From: Thermodesulfobium acidiphilum
Lineage (GTDB): Bacteria > Thermodesulfobiota > Thermodesulfobiia > Thermodesulfobiales > Thermodesulfobiaceae
Reading direction: 5' to 3'
Length of the DNA stretch: 64,000 nt
Assembly: GCF_003057965.1 (NCBI RefSeq)
Contig: NZ_CP020921.1
Span: 1 to 64,000 of the forward strand
The translations under genes were made by a program, and so were the position numbers. Shown here in pieces: positions 10,963 through 21,080 of this stretch (positions are counted from its first letter, which is position 1; each line of letters begins with the position of its first letter). Under the pieces are notes generated by a model that saw nothing but the letters and a program-made list of their open reading frames with translations, searched no databases and was not told where the DNA came from.

Positions 10963-12317
10963 ACATAGATCTAGGTCTTTCTGTTGACAAAATGCTCGCT
11001 ACAATATGTATTAGGCCTCAAGAGGGGGAAAGTTTGCCAAGCGCTGAGGAATTAAAACAATATCTCACAAAGGGTGGAATAAATTTCGGTATAGACGAAG
11101 AGGCTCTGAAACAAGCTATAAACAATCCTGGGTCTATCGTTACAATTGCTAGAGGTGAAAACCCAACTGATCCCATAGATGGCAAAGTTGAATACAAATT
11201 TCCTTTGAAAGCTGAAATAAAACCAAAGGAAGACAAAAGCGGAAATGTGGATTACTTTGATTTAGGATTTATCTTTAACGTAAAAGAAGGAGATCTTCTT
11301 GCTATAAAAACTCCTCCAGTAGAAGGAAAACCTGGTCATGACGTTACAGGGAAAGTTTTGATGCCAAAAAAACCCTTTAATCCAAAATTTGTAGCTGGAA
11401 AGGGAGCGAAATTGTCTGAAGATGGGCTTTCAATATTTGCAGAAGTTGCGGGTACACCAAGACTTATTGAGGGGAAAGTAGTAGTTTTACAAACTCTTGA
11501 TATAGACAAGGATATAGATTTTGCAACAGGTAATATTGTTTTCAAAGGTTCTGTTAATATAAGAGGTAGCGTACTGTCAGGCTTTTCTGTTGAAGCAGAC
11601 GGAGATGTAGTAGTATCTGGAATAGTTGAAGAAGCTGTTATTAAATCAAAGGGAAACGTAATAGTTAGATCAGGATTTGAAGGTGGGACAAAAGGCTTTA
11701 TTCAGGCTGGCAAGTCTGTTAATATAAGGTTTATTCATAATGGCAAGGTTTTTGCAGGTGAAGATGTTTTAATAGAGTCAGAAGCCTTTTTTTCTAAAAT
11801 TACAGCGGGTGGCAAAGTTCTTATGCAGGGCAGGAATTCTCAAATATCTGGTGGTAGTGTGGAAGCTGGCATCGAGATTAGAGCAAAAGTTATTGGTTCT
11901 TATAAACACACAAAAACTCTGGTAAGCGCAGGAGTAGTACCTGGCTTAAGAGAAAAACTTGAGAGTATTGTAAATAGAATAAAGTCTATTGAGGCGCAAA
12001 TTAAGAAAGCAAAAGAATTAGAAGAGAAGTTTCTTTACTTAAAGAAAAGACAAAAAGATAAGTTTCTTCGATCACAAGCCGAAGCACTTGAAAATGTTCA
12101 AAAAACATTAGAAAATTATGTAAATCAAATTGAATCTTTGCAAAAAGTTAAAGATGAAATAATTAAAACCAAAGAAGAGAGAAAGGGCGGAAGGATAATT
12201 TCGGAAATAATATATCCGGGCGTTATTGTAACAATTGCGGATATATCTCAAGAGATTAAAGAAGAAATAAGAGGTGCTAATATCAGAATTGAAGATGGAG
12301 AATTAAAGTTTTACTGA
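10959..12317 (+). CDS. FapA (DUF342) family flagellar assembly protein
   Basis: DIDFATGNIVFKGSVNIRGSV, beta-helix repeats, coiled coil, IYPGVIVTI terminus. Confidence 0.88.
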   Translation: MNIDLGLSVDKMLATICIRPQEGESLPSAEELKQYLTKGGINFGIDEEALKQAINNPGSIVTIARGENPTDPIDGKVEYKFPLKAEIKPKEDKSGNVDYFDLGFIFNVKEGDLLAIKTPPVEGKPGHDVTGKVLMPKKPFNPKFVAGKGAKLSEDGLSIFAEVAGTPRLIEGKVVVLQTLDIDKDIDFATGNIVFKGSVNIRGSVLSGFSVEADGDVVVSGIVEEAVIKSKGNVIVRSGFEGGTKGFIQAGKSVNIRFIHNGKVFAGEDVLIESEAFFSKITAGGKVLMQGRNSQISGGSVEAGIEIRAKVIGSYKHTKTLVSAGVVPGLREKLESIVNRIKSIEAQIKKAKELEEKFLYLKKRQKDKFLRSQAEALENVQKTLENYVNQIESLQKVKDEIIKTKEERKGGRIISEIIYPGVIVTIADISQEIKEEIRGANIRIEDGELKFY

Positions 12318-12823
12318 TGAAGTGGTTAATGATTATAGGCTTTTTAATAGTTGCTATATTGGGAACGGTTGCAGGACTTTATTTTAGTGGCACAGTAAAA
12401 TTTCCTTTTTTGCCATCTCAAAGGTCCGAAAAAGCCCAACCCAGTCCTGAAGTTATGCAAAATCCAAGTCCTGAACAATCAACCACCTTACCACAAAATC
12501 AACCTAAAGCAGATCAATCGCAAAATATTAATAACACTAGCTCTTCAATGACACAAAATCAAAAGAATATTATTCAATCAGCCGCAGAAAAGTTTAAACA
12601 ACAGGAAACGCTAAAATTGCAAAGGGAGGCAAAGATACTTTCAAATATGGACCCCTCAGATGCTGCTAAAATAATAAACAACATGGACGATTCCCAGGCA
12701 GCAAAAATTTTAAGCAATATGAATAACAAAGAAGTTTCAGACATACTTTCTGAGCTAACATCAATCGATCCAAAAAAGGCAACAAAACTTTTAAATATGA
12801 TGGGAGCATCTGCTGGTGGCTAA
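12317..12823 (+). CDS. MotE/FlbB-like membrane-anchored motility protein (MgtE-N-like repeats)
   Basis: N-terminal TM, low-complexity linker, repeated xMDxxxAAKIL motifs. Confidence 0.7.
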   Translation: MKWLMIIGFLIVAILGTVAGLYFSGTVKFPFLPSQRSEKAQPSPEVMQNPSPEQSTTLPQNQPKADQSQNINNTSSSMTQNQKNIIQSAAEKFKQQETLKLQREAKILSNMDPSDAAKIINNMDDSQAAKILSNMNNKEVSDILSELTSIDPKKATKLLNMMGASAGG

Positions 12824-13547
12824 AAAAAAGAAAAATTCAAATGAAGGCCATGGAGCTGGTCATGATAGCGCAGGTGGCATGAGATGGCTCCTAACTTATT
12901 CAGATATGATAACTCTTCTAATGGCTTTTTTTATCTTGCTATTTTCTATGGCTACAATAAACGCTTCTAAATTTGCTGCAACCGCACAGGCCCTAAGAGA
13001 AGCATTTGGAGGATATACTATTCTTGATAGAGGGTCTTCTGTCATAGGAGAACCTGGTTCTACCACACAAAGTGCTCCTGTAGTTCCCGATTCTGCCTTG
13101 AAGGCACAGGAAGCTTCGTTAAAAATAGCTGAAATTTTAAGGCAATCTTTAAATCCCAATCAGTTTTCGGTTATTCAAACTGAAAGAGGATATTTGGTCT
13201 CTATTTTAACCGATAAGATTCTATTTGATTCCGGAAAGGCAAATCTTAAACCTGATGCTTTTCCCCTTTTAAAAAAAATTGCAGCAGTCTTAAAAAAGAT
13301 TGATAACGAAGTATATATTGAAGGACATACTGATAACGTTCCTATACACACGGTAGAATTTCCTTCAAACTGGGAGCTTTCTGCTGCAAGGGCCGCTTCG
13401 GTGGCAAAATATTTTATAGAACAGGGGATATCTCCTTCTAGGTTAGTTATAGCAGGTTATGCCGATACCAGACCTGTAGCCTCGAATGATACCCCTCAAG
13501 GTAGACAAAAAAATAGAAGAATTGATATCCTTATAACAAAGAAATAA
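12816..13547 (+). CDS. motB: Flagellar stator protein MotB
   Basis: WLLTYSDMITLL with conserved Asp; OmpA-like EGHTDN, NWELSAARA, NRRIDI. Confidence 0.96.
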   Translation: MAKKKKNSNEGHGAGHDSAGGMRWLLTYSDMITLLMAFFILLFSMATINASKFAATAQALREAFGGYTILDRGSSVIGEPGSTTQSAPVVPDSALKAQEASLKIAEILRQSLNPNQFSVIQTERGYLVSILTDKILFDSGKANLKPDAFPLLKKIAAVLKKIDNEVYIEGHTDNVPIHTVEFPSNWELSAARAASVAKYFIEQGISPSRLVIAGYADTRPVASNDTPQGRQKNRRIDILITKK

Positions 13548-13569
13548 AAAATTAACACAGGAGGAAGAG

Positions 13570-14049
13570 ATGAAATTGTTTCAAAATAAAAAGATGTTGA
13601 TTATCTTAGTAACTCTTGTGATTTTGGGTGGAGGGATTGGTTTTTATATAGCAAATATGTTAATGCCAAAACCAGCCCCAAAGGAAAAACATGAACCAAT
13701 ATTTTTTACCTATCCTTTACAAGAGTTTGTAGTTAATACCAAAGATGGGAGATTTTTAAAGGCAAGCATCGTCCTTGAACTAAACGAAGAAATACCCATT
13801 AAGAGTGAGGCAGCAGCAGCAGAAGGTAAAAAAGTTGTTTTGGAACCAAAGGCTAAACCAATTTTGGATGCCTTAACTCCAGAATTAAGAAATGCTGCTA
13901 TAATTATATTGTCGAGTCAGACATATCAGGACTTAATCACTTCACAAGGCAAAGAAAGATTAAGGCAGATGTTATTTCAAAAATTTAACCAAATTGTAGG
14001 TCGTGATATCGTAAAAGATGTTTACTTTACTAACCTTGTTATGCAATAA
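13570..14049 (+). CDS. fliL: Flagellar basal-body protein FliL
   Basis: N-terminal TM, FVVN, GKERLR, VYFTNLVMQ terminus. Confidence 0.92.
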   Translation: MKLFQNKKMLIILVTLVILGGGIGFYIANMLMPKPAPKEKHEPIFFTYPLQEFVVNTKDGRFLKASIVLELNEEIPIKSEAAAAEGKKVVLEPKAKPILDALTPELRNAAIIILSSQTYQDLITSQGKERLRQMLFQKFNQIVGRDIVKDVYFTNLVMQ

Positions 14050-14083
14050 TATTTTACCTTAAAACTTATGATAGGGGGCAGTT

Positions 14084-14443
14084 ATGGCAAAGATATTAAT
14101 CACTGATGATGCTACTTTCATGAGAAAAATGTTAAAGGATATTTTAACAAAAAATGGGCATGAAGTAGTTGGAGAAGGTACGAATGGCTTAGAGGCTCTG
14201 GAAAAGTATAAAGAGTTAAAGCCAGATTTAACATTACTGGACATTACTATGCCAGAAAGGGATGGTCTTTGGGCGCTTAAAGAAATTAAGGCTTTTGACC
14301 CAAATGCCAAAATTATCATGGTTTCTGCAATGGGCCAGCAGGCTATAGTAATTGAAGCTATACAGGCAGGAGCTAGGGACTTTGTCGTTAAACCATTTCA
14401 ACCTGACAGGGTATTGGAGGCTGTAAGGAAGGCGCTTTCCTAA
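14084..14443 (+). CDS. cheY: Chemotaxis response regulator CheY
   Basis: Stand-alone receiver: DDATFMR, DITMP, SAMGQQ, KPF; Bacillus/Thermotoga-type CheY. Confidence 0.95.
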   Translation: MAKILITDDATFMRKMLKDILTKNGHEVVGEGTNGLEALEKYKELKPDLTLLDITMPERDGLWALKEIKAFDPNAKIIMVSAMGQQAIVIEAIQAGARDFVVKPFQPDRVLEAVRKALS

Positions 14444-14444
14444 A

Positions 14445-15320
14445 TTGAAAATACGCCTTATTAGTATCTTTTTCTTAATTTTTTTGTTAGTATTATCCTT
14501 TAATTCGTGTTCCTTTGCTATTCAAAAAGATATTAAAGGTCCACTTCCTTCCTTTTTTCAGAAAGACGAATCTTCTTATATAAAATTTGAAGATAAAAAT
14601 CCAAATGACGTATACGTTTTAAATGCTAGAATCAACCAAACAGGAAATTCGTCTGCAGAAGACAATAAAGTATATAATAAAACTCCTTCTACAGGATCAG
14701 AAACTGTTAAAAATTTAACTTTAAGTTCGAATTCTACATCAAAAGAACTTCAAAATGACAACTTGCTTTATGTTAATCAATCGCCAAAAGCTTCAGTAAA
14801 CAGCGACATCGATAATAAAACATCTCAAAGTAATCTAGACCCTAAAACTCCAGTAACTACAGCAGCTAAAAATAATAATTCAGCTTCGAATGACTCTTCT
14901 TTACTGTTAACAAATACTTCAGAAAGGCTTCAACCAGGTTCAGAAAGTCCCAACATAATGGGTTATCTTATAAGGTTTTTTGCTTTTTTAGTCTTATTAG
15001 TTCTTGTTCCACTATTAATTATTAGAAAACTTAGGGGCAAGCTTAAAGTAGATTATTCGATACCCAAATCTTTAAATGGATTTGTTCGCATTGTAGATAG
15101 GGTATCACTTTCATACTCTGAACTATTTATAATTGAAGTTATGGATAAATATCTTCTTCTCTCTTTATCAAAAGACGGTGAAATTAGACTCTTAAAAGAA
15201 TTTGATACCTTAGGCATAATTCCTGAAAAAGAAAATTATGATAAGAAACTGGTAAAAAGTAGCTTTTTAGATATATTAAGAAAGTTTAGACAAGAAGTAA
15301 AGCAATTAAATAAAAACTGA
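14445..15320 (+). CDS. fliO: FliO/FliZ-like export protein with long N-terminal extension
   Basis: Between cheY and fliP; TM followed by RIVDRVSLS..LFIIEV.DKYLLL FliO-like segment. Confidence 0.65.
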   Translation: MKIRLISIFFLIFLLVLSFNSCSFAIQKDIKGPLPSFFQKDESSYIKFEDKNPNDVYVLNARINQTGNSSAEDNKVYNKTPSTGSETVKNLTLSSNSTSKELQNDNLLYVNQSPKASVNSDIDNKTSQSNLDPKTPVTTAAKNNNSASNDSSLLLTNTSERLQPGSESPNIMGYLIRFFAFLVLLVLVPLLIIRKLRGKLKVDYSIPKSLNGFVRIVDRVSLSYSELFIIEVMDKYLLLSLSKDGEIRLLKEFDTLGIIPEKENYDKKLVKSSFLDILRKFRQEVKQLNKN

Positions 15321-15322
15321 CA

Positions 15323-16069
15323 GTGAAGAAGAGCTTAGTATTTTTCTTTTTTATTGCTTTATTAATAATATTTAACTTTAATAATGTTTCTAATGCTGCT
15401 CCAAATATAAATATTGACTTAGGTGCTGGTTCACCAAATGATATAGCAAATTCTCTTAAAGTTTTATTTGTTTTAACTGTTCTTGCCTTCGCCCCTTTGC
15501 TTCTTTTGATGACTACATCCTTTTTAAGGTTGGTAATAGTATTCGGTTTCTTAAGAAATGCTCTGGGGATTCAGCAAATAATTCCCGGACAGATTTTAAT
15601 CGGTCTGTCTTTATTTCTAACGCTATTTATTATGACGCCGATAATTCAAAAAATTGAACAAGATGCTTATACTCCTTATCAAAAAGGACAGATTACTTTT
15701 CAGGACGCAATTGAAAAGGGTTATATTCCTCTTAGGGACTTTATGCTTCATAATACCAGAAAAAGCGATCTCTCATTAATGATTGAACTTTCTCAAACTC
15801 CAAGACCAAACTCTGTAAACGAGATTGCTCCAACGATTGTTATTAGCGCCTTTGTCTTAAGCGAATTAAAAACCTCATTTATAATCGGTATAGTAATATA
15901 TTTACCCTTTGTTATAATTGATCTTGCAGTTGCAAGCATCTTGATGTCTATGGGTATGATGATGATCCCGCCTGTAATGATTTCTTTGCCTTTAAAGATA
16001 CTTTTGTTTGTACTGGCAGATGGCTGGTCTCTTTTAGTTAAAAGTTTAATTGCAAGTTTCAAAATTTAG
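15323..16069 (+). CDS. fliP: Flagellar export protein FliP
   Basis: MTTSFLRLVIV, AFVLSELKTSF, SMGMMMIPP, LFVLADGW. Confidence 0.97.
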   Translation: MKKSLVFFFFIALLIIFNFNNVSNAAPNINIDLGAGSPNDIANSLKVLFVLTVLAFAPLLLLMTTSFLRLVIVFGFLRNALGIQQIIPGQILIGLSLFLTLFIMTPIIQKIEQDAYTPYQKGQITFQDAIEKGYIPLRDFMLHNTRKSDLSLMIELSQTPRPNSVNEIAPTIVISAFVLSELKTSFIIGIVIYLPFVIIDLAVASILMSMGMMMIPPVMISLPLKILLFVLADGWSLLVKSLIASFKI

Positions 16070-16081
16070 GAGGAATAAACT

Positions 16082-17113
16082 TTGAAAATAAAACTGTTTA
16101 TTGTTGAAGACTCCCTAGTAATAAGATCAATTCTTAAGAGAATGTTCCAGGATGAAAGCGATATAGAGGTTATAGGAGAGGCCAGTAAGGTCAAAGATGC
16201 TATAGAAGGAATAAGTTCTCTTAATCCAGACGTAGTAACTCTTGACGTCATCTTACCAGATGGTTCTGGGCTTGACGTTCTAAAAAAATTTTCTAATAGC
16301 GGGATCCCATTCATTATGCTTAGCTCTTCTACTACAGAAGGTGCTCAGGTTACCGTAGATGCGCTTAACTATGGGGCCTTCGATTACGTGCCGAAGATTA
16401 ATCCTCCATTGGGCCTAATAAACGTTAGGGAGGAATTGTTAAAAAAAATTAAGGCAGCGTATCTTGCAAAGGGGAAAATAAGGGTAAAACCATGTTTAGA
16501 GTGTTTACCATTTAAAAAGCCAGTTGTTAAGGTAGAAAAAAGAATTGCAAACAAAGCTGTTGCAATAATTGCTTCTACTGGTGCTCCACCACAGATTAGA
16601 AAAATTGTATCAGAATTAGATTCTAATTTTGATGCATCTTTAATAATTGTTCAACATATGCCTATTGGTTTTACAAAGGTTTTTGCGGAAAGCTTAAATA
16701 CAGTTTGTCCCTTTCCTATAAGTGAAGCTGAAGAAGGGCAATCTCTTTTTGTAAACGCTGGAATTGTAGCAAAAGGTGGTTTCCACTTAAGAATAAAGAG
16801 CGATAAATCAATATATTTAGACGGTAAAACAGAGGCATATTTTGGTCTAAGACCTGCAGGGGATATGACACTCGAAACTCTTGCACCAGTGTTTAGAGAA
16901 AAACTCCTGGTTATTATAATGACGGGAATGGGTTCTGATGGCACAAATGGAGCAAAAATTGTAAAAAGTTTTGGTGGAAAGGTCTATGTTGAAGACGAGG
17001 CTTCTTGTGTAGTTTTTGGAATGCCTGGTTCGGTTATTCGAGCTAACTTGCATGATAAAGTTGTAAGTTTATCTGAGATACCTAATGCTATAATGGAATT
17101 TGTTGGAAATTAA
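16082..17113 (+). CDS. cheB: Chemotaxis methylesterase CheB
   Basis: Receiver plus ASTG, QHMP, TGMGSDG catalytic triad motifs, VFGMP. Confidence 0.95.
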   Translation: MKIKLFIVEDSLVIRSILKRMFQDESDIEVIGEASKVKDAIEGISSLNPDVVTLDVILPDGSGLDVLKKFSNSGIPFIMLSSSTTEGAQVTVDALNYGAFDYVPKINPPLGLINVREELLKKIKAAYLAKGKIRVKPCLECLPFKKPVVKVEKRIANKAVAIIASTGAPPQIRKIVSELDSNFDASLIIVQHMPIGFTKVFAESLNTVCPFPISEAEEGQSLFVNAGIVAKGGFHLRIKSDKSIYLDGKTEAYFGLRPAGDMTLETLAPVFREKLLVIIMTGMGSDGTNGAKIVKSFGGKVYVEDEASCVVFGMPGSVIRANLHDKVVSLSEIPNAIMEFVGN

Positions 17114-17135
17114 AGGGATTTGCTAGGAGCTGGTA

Positions 17136-17918
17136 ATGGACGAACAAAAAGATTATAAGGAATTTACTGAAGAAATATTTAAATTAACTAATATTCCTTT
17201 GCATTTGTATAGAGAAAATCAAGTGAGAAGAAGAGTAACTCTCTGGATGAGTTTTCTAGGTTTAAAGAGTTTTAAAGAATATTTAAACTACCTTAAATCA
17301 TATCCTGGAGCACTTGAAGAATTTAAGAAAAAGTTTACCATAAATGTTTCTGAATTCTTCAGAAATCCTGAACTTTTTGATGAGTTAAAAAAATATATAC
17401 CAGAACTAGCAAAAAAAACTGATATTTTAAGAGTATACAGTGCTGGTTGTTCTGTCGGTGCAGAGGCTTATACTGTTGGAATAATACTTAATGAATATTT
17501 TAATGATATAAAGTATCATATTTGGGGCTTAGATATTGATGAAGAGGCTCTTGAAAAGGCAAAAGCAGGAATCTATACTAAAGATTTTTTTAAAAGCGCT
17601 AAATTAGAACTAATTGAGAAATATTTTACTAAATTGTCAGGAGACAGATATCAGATTAAAGATGAAATAAAAGCTCATACTACCTTTTTAAAGGGAGACC
17701 TTATTCTAGGTGAACCGCCAAGATTGGATTTTGATATTGTACTTTGTAGAAATGTGGTAATATATTTTGATGAAGAGGCGAAAGATAAAGTTTACGCTAA
17801 TCTTAGCAAATGCCTTAAAATAGGGGGAATTCTTTTTGTAGGAGCTACTGAACGGGTTTTTGATGCAAGAAGATTTTCCCTGGAATATGTCTCGTCATTT
17901 ATATATAGAAAGGTTTGA
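17136..17918 (+). CDS. cheR: Chemotaxis methyltransferase CheR
   Basis: TINVSEFFRN, SAGCSVGAEAY, CRNVVIYF. Confidence 0.96.
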   Translation: MDEQKDYKEFTEEIFKLTNIPLHLYRENQVRRRVTLWMSFLGLKSFKEYLNYLKSYPGALEEFKKKFTINVSEFFRNPELFDELKKYIPELAKKTDILRVYSAGCSVGAEAYTVGIILNEYFNDIKYHIWGLDIDEEALEKAKAGIYTKDFFKSAKLELIEKYFTKLSGDRYQIKDEIKAHTTFLKGDLILGEPPRLDFDIVLCRNVVIYFDEEAKDKVYANLSKCLKIGGILFVGATERVFDARRFSLEYVSSFIYRKV

Positions 17919-17927
17919 GGAGGTTCC

Positions 17928-18536
17928 ATGGGATACGAAAAGCTTGAGGCTGATCACCTGGATGCTTTAAAGGAATTGGGTAACATTGGTGCGGGGAATG
18001 CTGTTACTGCTCTTTCAACTTTTTTAAATACTGAGATAAACATGGAAGTTGTTGAAGCAAAACTTGCTACTTTCAATGAGGCTGCTAACATATTTGATAG
18101 TCCGGAGAAGGAAGTGGCTGGAGTATATCTTGCGATTTCTGGAGATTTGAAGGGACATGTTCTTTATCTTTGGCCAGTTCAAAGCGCAAAGGCTATAGCA
18201 GGTATGCTTATGGGAATGAGTCCTGATGAACTTGAATTTGATGAAATGACAATGTCAGCAATTTCTGAAATAGGTAACATCATGTCCGGTTCATACATAA
18301 CAGCCCTTTCATCCTTTACTGGAATGACCTTTGAATTAAGTCCTCCTGCTGTTGCAATTGATATGAACAGTGCACTTTTAGACGGAATAATATCCTTAAC
18401 TGCTGTAGGTGACAAGGTCTTAATTATACAAACCAGCATGATTGCCTATGGAATTAGAATTGCTGGCGTTTTGGTAGTATTATTCGAACCTGATTCTTTA
18501 TTAAAACTTTTAGAATCAATTGGGATGGGCGTTTGA
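17928..18536 (+). CDS. cheC: CheY-P phosphatase CheC
   Basis: Two ExxN motifs (ELGNIGAGNA, SEIGNIMSG). Confidence 0.94.
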   Translation: MGYEKLEADHLDALKELGNIGAGNAVTALSTFLNTEINMEVVEAKLATFNEAANIFDSPEKEVAGVYLAISGDLKGHVLYLWPVQSAKAIAGMLMGMSPDELEFDEMTMSAISEIGNIMSGSYITALSSFTGMTFELSPPAVAIDMNSALLDGIISLTAVGDKVLIIQTSMIAYGIRIAGVLVVLFEPDSLLKLLESIGMGV

Positions 18537-18537
18537 T

Positions 18538-19008
18538 ATGGCTGAATACTTTTGTGGAATGGGAGAATGGGCTGTTGGCCAAGCGGGCGATATCCTTTGT
18601 GCAAGAGGTCTCGGTTCGTGTATTGGACTTGTTCTTATTGATAATAAAAAGCGTATAGCAGCTATGGCCCATGTTATGCTTCCATCTTCTAATGGAAGAA
18701 GTGATATGCCTACTAAATATGCAGATTCCGCAGTAACCTTTCTTTTAGAACAGTTAAGAAAAAATGGTTCTAGTATGGATATCAGCTCAAAGATGGCAGG
18801 CGGGGCAAAGATGTTTAACGTATCGGAATCATCACTTCTCGATATAGGAAGAAGAAATGCTGAAGCCTTAGAAAATTCTCTAAGAGAAGCAGGAATTATA
18901 CTTGTTTCCAAAGATGTAGGAGGAAGTTTTGCCAGGACGGTTACTTTTGATGTTATGAAAAGAAGGTTTCTAGTTAAGACAATAGGGCGAGGTGAGGTTG
19001 AGATCTAA
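18538..19008 (+). CDS. cheD: Chemoreceptor glutamine deamidase CheD
   Basis: GLGSCIG, AHVMLP, KYAD, AGGAKMF, DVGG; start moved to ATG 18538 just after the cheC stop. Confidence 0.94.
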   Translation: MAEYFCGMGEWAVGQAGDILCARGLGSCIGLVLIDNKKRIAAMAHVMLPSSNGRSDMPTKYADSAVTFLLEQLRKNGSSMDISSKMAGGAKMFNVSESSLLDIGRRNAEALENSLREAGIILVSKDVGGSFARTVTFDVMKRRFLVKTIGRGEVEI

Positions 19009-19277
19009 TGAGTCAGGGGCTTGCTTTAGATCTTTCAAGAAATGCAATGCTAATTCTTCTTTTGATAACAGCTCCGGTTTTGCTTGTGGCATTATTTATT
19101 GGTCTTTTTTTGGGGATATTTCAAGCTGCAACACAGCTTCAAGATATCACTATATCGTTTGTCCCTAAACTTTTGGCTGTTATTATAGTTATGTTTTTGT
19201 TAGGGCCATTTACTTTAAACGTTTTGACAAGCTATATAATTCGACTATATCAAAGCATTCCTGATATTATAAAATGA
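19008..19277 (+). CDS. fliQ: Flagellar export protein FliQ
   Basis: FQAATQLQDITISFVPK. Confidence 0.96.
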   Translation: MSQGLALDLSRNAMLILLLITAPVLLVALFIGLFLGIFQAATQLQDITISFVPKLLAVIIVMFLLGPFTLNVLTSYIIRLYQSIPDIIK

Positions 19278-20044
19278 TTGATATATCCCTTTTTTGGGAT
19301 ATGCTAATCCGATCTTTAATGCCAATACTTAGATTTTCTGGCTTTTTTGCTGTTGCTCCGTTTTTTAGCACTCAAGTCATACCAACAAGAATTAAGATTT
19401 TAATAATTTTAATTTTTTCTATGCTTATTACTATGAACATAAAGATAAACGTTCCTGATAATCCAATAGTTTTTGTTTTTTCCTCGGTATTTGAGGTTTT
19501 AATAGGAATTTTTATGGGGTTTATCTTTTATCTTTTTTTATGGATCCTCGAATTTGCAGGGGGCTTTTTTGATATGCAATCAGGAATGGGTATGGCTGCA
19601 TTCTACGATCCCCAAATGGGTTCTGAGACATCCGTTTATGGCAATTTTTTTACTTTACTGGGCCTTTTAATATTTTTAATTGGAAATTTTCACTACATTC
19701 TTTTAAAAATTTTTGTTGAAAGCTATTATGTATTACCTGTTGGCCAATTTATAAAATCTGGACCCTCTTATAACCTTTTAATGAGCGTTTTGATATGGAC
19801 GATGACAGCGGGTCTGGAGATGGCTTTGCCAGTTGTCTTAATTTTGTTTCTTATAGACCTGAGTCTGGGAATAATGGCTAGAACTGCTCCACAGCTGAAC
19901 GTCTTATTACTTGGTTTACCTTTAAAGATTCTAATAACCAGCGTTGTAATAATAATATTTTTGGGATTTGCAGTGCCATTTATAAATCAATGTTTCAATT
20001 ATATGAATAACGTTTCTATGGGGTTAATCAATGCCCTTCGATGA
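19274..20044 (+). CDS. fliR: Flagellar export protein FliR
   Basis: Hydrophobic; APFFS..IP.RIK, ARTAPQLNV..GLPLK; between fliQ and flhB. Confidence 0.94.
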   Translation: MIDISLFWDMLIRSLMPILRFSGFFAVAPFFSTQVIPTRIKILIILIFSMLITMNIKINVPDNPIVFVFSSVFEVLIGIFMGFIFYLFLWILEFAGGFFDMQSGMGMAAFYDPQMGSETSVYGNFFTLLGLLIFLIGNFHYILLKIFVESYYVLPVGQFIKSGPSYNLLMSVLIWTMTAGLEMALPVVLILFLIDLSLGIMARTAPQLNVLLLGLPLKILITSVVIIIFLGFAVPFINQCFNYMNNVSMGLINALR

Positions 20045-21080
20045 AGGAGACAGGACAGAACCCGCTACAGAAAGAAGAAGACGAGAGGCTAGAAAAATGG
20101 GGCAGGTGGCAAAATCACAGGAGTTATCCAGTATTCTAGTATTCTTTGGAAGCTACATTGTTTTACAATTTTTTTTAGTCATAGGTTTTAATAGCTGGTT
20201 CAATGTATGGAAAGGTTTTTTTTCCTTTGACAACTTTGATTTAAACTTATATTATCACAATTTTATAGTGGCTTTTTTGCTTCTTACAGTTCCGCCAATA
20301 ATAGGCGCTCTCTTTATGGCACTTTTTTCAAACATATTGCAGGTTGGTTTTGTAATAACCCCACAGGTCTTAATGCCAAAATTTTCCAATCTTGATATAA
20401 CAAAATATTTTAAAAGGTTATTATCTTTTAGAGGCTTTGTTGACCAGGTTTTAAAACCTACAATTAAGATACTGATTCTTGCATATATTCTAATTTCTTC
20501 TTTGTTGGAAGTTTCCCCAGAAATTTTGAATCTCAGTTTCATAGATATTCATAAAGGATTTCAAATTGTAATAAAGATTGTCTCATCAATTCTCGTAAAA
20601 ACTATGGTGGTGTTGTTTTTCTTTGCTTTAATTGACTATCTTTTTCAAAGATGGCAATATGAAAAGAGTATTAGAATGAGCAAACAGGAACTAAAAGAGG
20701 AATTTAAAAATACAGAAGGAGATCCTCTTATAAAAGCAAGAATAAAGAGATTACAAGGTGAAATGGCTAGAAGAAGAATGATGCAAGAAGTGCCCAAAGC
20801 TGATGTTATTATAACCAACCCTACTCACGTAGCAGTTGCCATATTCTACGATCCAGAAAAGTTTAAGGCTCCAAAAGTAGTAGCCAAGGGAATGGGAATA
20901 ATAGCTGAAAGGATTATTCAAATTGCTAAAGAAAATAATGTTCCATTAGCGAGAAATGAAACTCTTGCAAGAGCTTTATTTAAAGAAGTAGAAATTAATT
21001 TCGAAATTCCCGAAAAATTTTATAAAGCTGTTGCAGGCATTTTGGCTACTGTTTACAAGAAAAGAAAGAAGGTGATTTAA
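20031..21080 (+). CDS. flhB: Flagellar export switch protein FlhB
   Basis: TEPAT..GQVAKSQE, EGDP, autocleavage NPTH, APKVVAKG, LARAL. Confidence 0.97.
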   Translation: MPFDEGDRTEPATERRRREARKMGQVAKSQELSSILVFFGSYIVLQFFLVIGFNSWFNVWKGFFSFDNFDLNLYYHNFIVAFLLLTVPPIIGALFMALFSNILQVGFVITPQVLMPKFSNLDITKYFKRLLSFRGFVDQVLKPTIKILILAYILISSLLEVSPEILNLSFIDIHKGFQIVIKIVSSILVKTMVVLFFFALIDYLFQRWQYEKSIRMSKQELKEEFKNTEGDPLIKARIKRLQGEMARRRMMQEVPKADVIITNPTHVAVAIFYDPEKFKAPKVVAKGMGIIAERIIQIAKENNVPLARNETLARALFKEVEINFEIPEKFYKAVAGILATVYKKRKKVI

